The notes beneath the pieces are model-generated. The model worked only from the letters and a program-made list of their open reading frames with translations. It ran no database searches and was not told the DNA's origin. Shown here in pieces: positions 59,224 through 64,000 of a stretch of 64,000 nucleotides of DNA (its first letter is position 1; every line of letters starts with the position of its first letter). Origin of the DNA: Candidatus Nomurabacteria bacterium (GTDB lineage: Bacteria > Patescibacteriota > Minisyncoccia > Phycocordibacterales > UBA9973). Both the position numbers and the translations under genes were made by a program. Where the stretch lies: the NCBI GenBank assembly GCA_023267435.1, contig JAHFNH010000001.1, positions 16,253 to 80,252 on the forward strand, read 5' to 3'.

Positions 59224-60154
59224 CTAATATTTTCACATGAACAGCATCAGAGAAAAACGCCTTTTCGTTTTCAAAAGTAAATACATTTTTCTCTTCACCC
59301 GCCTTGCGCACAAGTCCAAGTATTTCAGAATGCATGTCAAAAAGACGCGAAGCTAGACGTTGTTCTAAATTAAAATCTTCTTTTTTTGTTTCATCCGTAG
59401 CTTCGTTTGTCATGTGTCTATAATATACAGACTTTTTAGAATAACGATCTTTAAATGCTGAAAGTTGAGCTTCTGCTTGAATGAGTAATTTATCCTGAAT
59501 AGGATTATTTTCTAAAACATTGAAATTTTTCTGAGCAATTTCTTTAATCAAAACATTAATAGACTCGTTGTCACAACCTAAAATAACTTTCGGAAGCAAA
59601 AGTCCATTTTTTTCTCGAATATCATCATAGACATATTTTAATTTAGGAATATTATTGTTGTCTAAATCTTTTTTCAAAGCGTGAATTTTTGTATTAATTC
59701 CCTCTATGTCTGAGGTAAATGTGGCATCAAATTCAAGTCCCAACAATTTATATTGAGTAACAAAATCTAGTGTATTAAATTTTACTCCGCCATCAATAAA
59801 ATTAAGTTCATCGTCAATATCTGATGCCAAGAAAGATTCTGCTTCTTTGCCAAAATATTCAAATTTAGATATACCGACAACAATGAGACGTTCTAGGAAG
59901 TCTGCTTTGAGTTTCGTTATTTTTTGCTCAAGTGTCGCCTCTCCGTATTTTTTTCTTTTATTGGCTAAAAGCTCATACTCTTGATCAATTTCCTGTTTTG
60001 AATATCCTGGCTCTTTAGATGTAAAATCATACGGATTTAAACGTGTAAATTTATATTCATTTTCAAGATTTTTTAAAGCAGTAGAAACAAGCTCGAATTC
60101 CTTTTCAAGCTTTACTTTCACATTTTCGAAACTTATGGGTAGGTCTTCGTTCAT
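59189..60154 (-). CDS. Hypothetical protein
   Basis: Long ORF; likely start MNEDLP at 60154 because the upstream extension overlaps the tRNA-Val promoter. Confidence 0.7.
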   Translation of the reverse strand: MNEDLPISFENVKVKLEKEFELVSTALKNLENEYKFTRLNPYDFTSKEPGYSKQEIDQEYELLANKRKKYGEATLEQKITKLKADFLERLIVVGISKFEYFGKEAESFLASDIDDELNFIDGGVKFNTLDFVTQYKLLGLEFDATFTSDIEGINTKIHALKKDLDNNNIPKLKYVYDDIREKNGLLLPKVILGCDNESINVLIKEIAQKNFNVLENNPIQDKLLIQAEAQLSAFKDRYSKKSVYYRHMTNEATDETKKEDFNLEQRLASRLFDMHSEILGLVRKAGEEKNVFTFENEKAFFSDAVHVKILDVTKNINKQKQ

Positions 60155-60316
60155 ATAGACCAATAATACATCTTTATTTAGAAAAATCAAAAACTTGAAA
60201 AATAAAGATTTTAGCGTATACTTGAAATTGTATTTCATACGCGGTTAGCTGTTTTGGTAGGTATCAAAAGTAGCCAACTAAAAGCATATTGTAAATATAT
60301 AGTTAAAAAAAATAAT

Positions 60317-60389
60317 GCGCGGTTAGCTCAGTTGGTAGAGCAACCCGTTTACACCGGGAAGGTCGTAGGTTCGAGTCCTACACCGCGCA
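60317..60389 (+). tRNA. tRNA-Val(TAC)
   Basis: GCGCGGT-TAGCTCAGTTGGTAGAGC...CCCG-TT-TAC-AC-CGGG...GTAGG-TTCGAGT-CCTAC-ACCGCGC-A. Confidence 0.95.
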
Positions 60390-60615
60390 CAAAACGAGTA
60401 TTTAACAAAAGCACCCTACGGTGCTTTTGTTTGTTTTGTGCGAGCCGGAGTCATGTTTTTTCAGCAGAAAAAATAGACGAGGTGGGGTCGCGAAATTTCC
60501 GAGCGACGGCGAGGAAATATTTGTGATCACAAAACAACCTTAGAAAAATTATTCCTGACCACAAAATATCTTATCCACTAGTATTTGTGCGTGTTTTATT
60601 GTTATAATAAAAAAT

Positions 60616-61005
60616 ATGGAAAAAAAGGTTCACATTCTTCTCGTTGACGATGATGAGATCATACGCAGATTTTTCGGCTCTAAACTCGCTGCTGCGGGCT
60701 ATGAAGTGATATATGGAGAAGATGGCAATGAAGGACGCGAAATGGCGCGACGTTTTCAGCCCGACCTTGTCTTGATGGATATCAACATGCCAGTGATGGA
60801 TGGCATCAAAGCTTCCAGTATGATGAAAGACGAAAAAGAAACTTCTAACATTCCGATTATTTTCCTTAGCAACGAGGACTTATCAATTGAAGAAGAGAAA
60901 GTAATAAAAGAGCTGGGTGTGTCAGGATGCATCCAAAAAGGAGTTGAACCTGAAGAACTTATCGATTATGTTAAAAAAGCTCTCGCGAACCTTGCTGAAA
61001 AATAA
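60616..61005 (+). CDS. Single-domain response regulator (receiver)
   Basis: ILLVDDD, PDLVLMDINMPVMDG, IPIIFLS, K. Confidence 0.93.
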   Translation: MEKKVHILLVDDDEIIRRFFGSKLAAAGYEVIYGEDGNEGREMARRFQPDLVLMDINMPVMDGIKASSMMKDEKETSNIPIIFLSNEDLSIEEEKVIKELGVSGCIQKGVEPEELIDYVKKALANLAEK

Positions 61006-61043
61006 TTTTGAAAATAGATTTTAATTTGCTAGTATGATGCCAT

Positions 61044-61115
61044 GCCCTCGTAGTTCAATGGATAGAACAAGGCTCTTCTAAGGCCTTGATGTAGGTTCGA
61101 TTCCTACCGAGGGCA
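61044..61115 (+). tRNA. tRNA-Arg(TCT)
   Basis: GCCCTCG...AGGCT-CT-TCT-AA-GGCCT...GTAGG-TTCGATT-CCTAC-CGAGGGC-A. Confidence 0.95.
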
Positions 61116-61268
61116 CAAAATTAAAAATCCAAGCATTATTGCTTGGTTTTTTAATTTCGATAACCTTGGGAATCGAACCGAAGGCGCACATTTTTAATAA
61201 GCAAAGCGCATATAAAAATGTAGCGTCTCGACCAGAGGGAGAGGCGATTACGTTCCAAAAATAATTTT

Positions 61269-62234
61269 TTATTTAACCCCCTCCAACGCAAGCCCTAATG
61301 GAGCAGTAAACAATAGTGATTGTTCGAAATTCATCTCTGGAATATTTTTTTCTATGTCTAAAATATTAACCCAAACATTTGCGACTTCGACTTTGTGTTT
61401 TAAGCTGCCAGACAAATAATCAGCGAGTGCTGTTAGGTCCATGCCTCCACCGCATAAAAATATTTTTTCAACTGACGGGCGAACTTTTCCATCTTCATCT
61501 TTATGCGTATGCCAATACAAAAAGTGTTTTGATATTTCCTCGCGCAAAACGTGGATATTGTCAGAAAACATTTCTCCACTGGCATTCAATGTGGAATCAA
61601 GTATTACAATGCCATTAGAAACAATAGAAATTCCCGTATGTGTGGCGCCTAGATTGACGATCATATGAGTTTCGAAATCTACCTTTTTAATGACGCTCTG
61701 AGCTGTCGCCTGCGCCTTGGTCTCAAAAGACGAAATCGAAATATTAGAGTTTTCAAAAGCAGAAAGATAACTCTCAATTATATTTTTAGCTATGACAATG
61801 ACCTGCACTTCCCAACTCTGGTTGTCTTCATTTAATATTTTATAATCAAAAACAACTGCTTGATCTGACATCGGAATATTGTATTCTAAGGAAAGTTCTA
61901 TTCCCTTTCTGATGTTTTTCAACCCAGCTTTTTCCAACCTAATTTTAAAAATAAATATTTTTTCTTCCGGCAGAGAAACATGCACAGACTTTATTCCTTC
62001 TTCTTTTTTTAAGACAGACAATATTTCTTCAAAAAGTTCCGGCTCCATTATTTCTCCCGCCTCGATGATGCCCGGCGCGATCCGGCGCGATCCATATCGT
62101 CCAGTTTTGATACTATCTTTTACATGGACAAGCTCCGCAAATTTCAATGATTCATCTGAAATTTCCAAACCGAAAGAAGATGCCTTGCTGAAACTCGGCA
62201 TTAAAGAAGATCCTTTGCATAAGTTCTTAAACAT
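61269..62234 (-). CDS. pilM: PilM-like type IV pilus assembly protein
   Basis: FGLEISD.SLK, VSLPEE, VVFDY, LCGGG, LGLAL; likely ATG at 62234. Confidence 0.8.
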   Translation of the reverse strand: MFKNLCKGSSLMPSFSKASSFGLEISDESLKFAELVHVKDSIKTGRYGSRRIAPGIIEAGEIMEPELFEEILSVLKKEEGIKSVHVSLPEEKIFIFKIRLEKAGLKNIRKGIELSLEYNIPMSDQAVVFDYKILNEDNQSWEVQVIVIAKNIIESYLSAFENSNISISSFETKAQATAQSVIKKVDFETHMIVNLGATHTGISIVSNGIVILDSTLNASGEMFSDNIHVLREEISKHFLYWHTHKDEDGKVRPSVEKIFLCGGGMDLTALADYLSGSLKHKVEVANVWVNILDIEKNIPEMNFEQSLLFTAPLGLALEGVK

Positions 62235-62272
62235 AAAGACATTATAGCAACAAACAAGTGATATGAACAAAT

Positions 62273-62306
62273 TCCGCCTCATCAGCGGATGCGCCGTAGA
62301 GGCGCA
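62273..62306 (-). repeat. 34-bp twin-hairpin repeat
   Basis: Minus strand TGCGCC-TCTAC-GGCGCA + TCCGCT-GATGA-GGCGGA; 33/34 identical to 63455-63488. Confidence 0.85.
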
Positions 62307-62636
62307 TTATTTTGCTCGTGTACCAGCAGGAATTTCATCATTTGGTTCCAGTAAAGAAAATTTTCCGTCTTCAGTCGAGACAGCTACGATCATCCCATTA
62401 CTTTCAAATCCGCGAATCATTCGTGGTTCTAGGTTCGCAACAAACATACATTTCTTTCCAACAAGTACAGAACAATCTGGAAAATAAAGAGATATACCAG
62501 AAACAATTTGTCTTGGATGTTCTTCACCTAAATCTACTGAAAGTTTCAACAACTTATCAGTATCAGGGATTTTTTCGGCGGACAAAATCTTACCCACAGC
62601 CATTTCAACTTTTTTAAAATCTTCAAAAGAAATCAT
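62307..62636 (-). CDS. Stand-alone tRNA-binding OB-fold protein (MetRS C-terminal / Trbp111 / CsaA-like)
   Basis: ISFEDFKKV..VGKI, DKLLKL.VDLGE, RQIVSGI, NLEPR...G.ESNGM. Confidence 0.9.
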   Translation of the reverse strand: MISFEDFKKVEMAVGKILSAEKIPDTDKLLKLSVDLGEEHPRQIVSGISLYFPDCSVLVGKKCMFVANLEPRMIRGFESNGMIVAVSTEDGKFSLLEPNDEIPAGTRAK

Positions 62637-62669
62637 TTTATTTTTTATTATTTATAATAATTTATTATC

Positions 62670-63116
62670 TTACTTTTCTGCTTGTTTATTTATTTTATCT
62701 AAATATCTCTGCAATATCAAAGCTGCTGCCGAAGCATCTATCCTGCCCGACTTTATCTGTTTCACTCGGCCGTGCGCCTGCGAGGGACTCAAGTCTTTTT
62801 TAGTATCTCCTGACTTGCGCGCCTCGACAGAAGTTAAAAATTCTTTTTGCTTATGAATAGGCAAATTAAACTTCTCGCCTAATTCTAAAATAAAGACATC
62901 AATGCGGGCTGAGAGTGCATTTAATTTTCCTGAAAAATCCACCGACTCGCCGACGACAATTTCTGAAATTTTTTCAGACTTAATAATCTCCCCTATTTTT
63001 TTAAATGTATTTGCGTCATTGGGCACTATCTCTTTCGGAAACGCTAAACTCATATTTTCGTCGGAAACAGCCACTCCGATTCTTTTTGTCCCATAATCAA
63101 TGCCTAGAAATCTCAT
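62670..63116 (-). CDS. ruvX: YqgF/RuvX family nuclease
   Basis: LGIDYGTKRIGVAVSD, E.LTS.EA, IDASAAALILQ.YL. Confidence 0.93.
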   Translation of the reverse strand: MRFLGIDYGTKRIGVAVSDENMSLAFPKEIVPNDANTFKKIGEIIKSEKISEIVVGESVDFSGKLNALSARIDVFILELGEKFNLPIHKQKEFLTSVEARKSGDTKKDLSPSQAHGRVKQIKSGRIDASAAALILQRYLDKINKQAEK

Positions 63117-63163
63117 ATAGAGACAGACTAGCATAAAAAAGAGTTTTTTGATATGATTCAGAC

Positions 63164-63400
63164 ATGCATTTTTTTATAATAAAAAACTTAATAGTAGCAG
63201 TATTAATGGTTTGGAGTCTTGTTTGGAAGTGTTATTCCGTATGGACCGCTGTAAAAGCTGGTCACAAAAAGTGGTTCGTAGCGCTTCTTTTGTTTAACAC
63301 ATTGGGTATTTTAGATATGATCTATATCTTCTATATCGCAAAAAAGAAGTGGTCTGAAGTAAAGGCAACTTTCCTAAGATTAATGTCATCAACTAAATAA
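63164..63400 (+). CDS. DUF5652-like small membrane protein
   Basis: WSLVWK.Y..W.A......KWF..LL..NT.GIL...Y. Confidence 0.8.
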   Translation: MHFFIIKNLIVAVLMVWSLVWKCYSVWTAVKAGHKKWFVALLLFNTLGILDMIYIFYIAKKKWSEVKATFLRLMSSTK

Positions 63401-63454
63401 TAAAAACAAATCCACCGCTTAATACTGGTGGATTTGTTAATGGAGGTGTCGCAT

Positions 63455-63488
63455 TGCGCCTCTACGGCGCATCCGCCGATGAGGCGGA
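63455..63488 (+). repeat. 34-bp twin-hairpin repeat
   Basis: TGCGCC-TCTAC-GGCGCA + TCCGCC-GATGA-GGCGGA. Confidence 0.85.
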
Positions 63489-63511
63489 AGTGTTAATTAA
63501 ATCAAACTTAT

Positions 63512-63772
63512 ATGTATTATTTTTATGTATTAAGGTTTCGTAAAAATAAAAAATTATATTATGGTTTTACAAACGATCTGCAACGTAGGATTAAAGAACA
63601 TAAATCGGGTGGATCAGAATTTACTTCAAAAAATGGTTTATTTGACTTAATTTTCTATGAAGCTTATATTAATGAGTATGATGCTAGAGATGCGGAAGCG
63701 TATTTCAAAACAAGTCATGGAAGAGAAGTGTTAAAAGGAAAGTTGAAAAATTATTTAGGAGGTGTCGCATAG
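63512..63772 (+). CDS. Small GIY-YIG nuclease
   Basis: YFYVL...LYYGFT.DL.RRIKEH..G...FT...LIFYEAY....A...E..FK. Confidence 0.92.
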   Translation: MYYFYVLRFRKNKKLYYGFTNDLQRRIKEHKSGGSEFTSKNGLFDLIFYEAYINEYDARDAEAYFKTSHGREVLKGKLKNYLGGVA

Positions 63773-63842
63773 TGGTTTAGTGCACCTGTCTTGAAAACAG
63801 GAGTACCGCAAGGTACCGTGAGTTCGAATCTCACCACCTCCG
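63758..63842 (+). tRNA. tRNA-Ser(TGA)
   Basis: GGAGGTG...CCTGT-CT-TGA-AA-ACAGG, long variable arm GTACC-GCAA-GGTAC, GTGAG-TTCGAAT-CTCAC-CACCTCC-G. Confidence 0.95.
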
Positions 63843-63957
63843 CAAAACTTAAAAAACACTCTTAACGAGTGTTTTTTATTTGAGTTGGGGGTATAATTAA
63901 ATCAAGCAACCGATCTGAGTTGTATTAATTTATAAAATAACGATCGGTATAAACTAT

Positions 63958-64000
63958 ATGGCGAAAGCAAAAAAAATAACGAAAGAGTCGAATGAAGTCG
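63958..64000 (+). CDS. Start of an unidentified ORF, truncated by the window edge
   Basis: ATG GCG AAA GCA ... MAKAKKITKESNEV, open to the end. Confidence 0.4.
   Translation, partial: MAKAKKITKESNEV

Larger units (their letters stand above)
63442..63774 (+). mobile_element. Putative tRNA-Ser-targeted GIY-YIG element flanked by a duplicated tRNA 5' end
   Basis: ggaggtgtcgcat at 63442-63454 and 63758-63770; the match extends to 17 nt once the 34-bp repeat is removed. Confidence 0.65.

Noticed and set aside
60254-60526. 90-aa ORF
   Set aside because: Overlaps tRNA-Val and its hairpin tail.
62307-62636. Split MetRS (short metG plus stand-alone OB-fold) as a novelty
   Set aside because: Short MetRS and free Trbp111/CsaA-like domains are common.
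63908-63948. accgatc...gatcggt inverted repeat before the last partial ORF
   Set aside because: Could be an operator or leader hairpin, but the downstream gene is truncated and unidentifiable.
1-64000. Alternative genetic code (UGA=Gly), prophage, DGR, rRNA
   Set aside because: Conserved genes translate full length in code 11; no phage structural genes, reverse transcriptase or rRNA-like sequence were seen.

Overview
AT-rich window, almost all genes on the minus strand, from a Candidate Phyla Radiation (Patescibacteria) genome. Gene content suggests Parcubacteria, possibly Nomurabacteria-like: secE-nusG-rplK with no rplA, short MetRS, alpha2-type GlyRS, ComEC/PilM, and large YAW-repeat and Gly-rich surface proteins. 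The backbone is housekeeping: ribosomal proteins, EF-G, EF-Tu, four aminoacyl-tRNA synthetases, five tRNAs, and nucleotide and cell-wall genes. Main observations: (1) a ThyA-family enzyme with Asp at the base-specificity position (E. coli Asn177), coupled to DHFR and a divergent dCMP-deaminase-family gene, a candidate dCMP -> 5-methyl-dCMP -> dTMP route; (2) a small GIY-YIG nuclease inserted at the 5' end of tRNA-Ser with a duplicated tRNA 5' end, plus a dispersed 34-bp twin-hairpin repeat with compensatory stem changes; (3) an array of promoter-ORF-terminator cassettes inside the str operon, where unrelated ORFs share near-identical leaders and trailers, many with a boxA-like motif; (4) several short palindrome families inserted in frame into essential genes and around two DUF559 nucleases. 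No rRNA, CRISPR array, integrase or transposase was seen. All calls are by eye; no database search was run.
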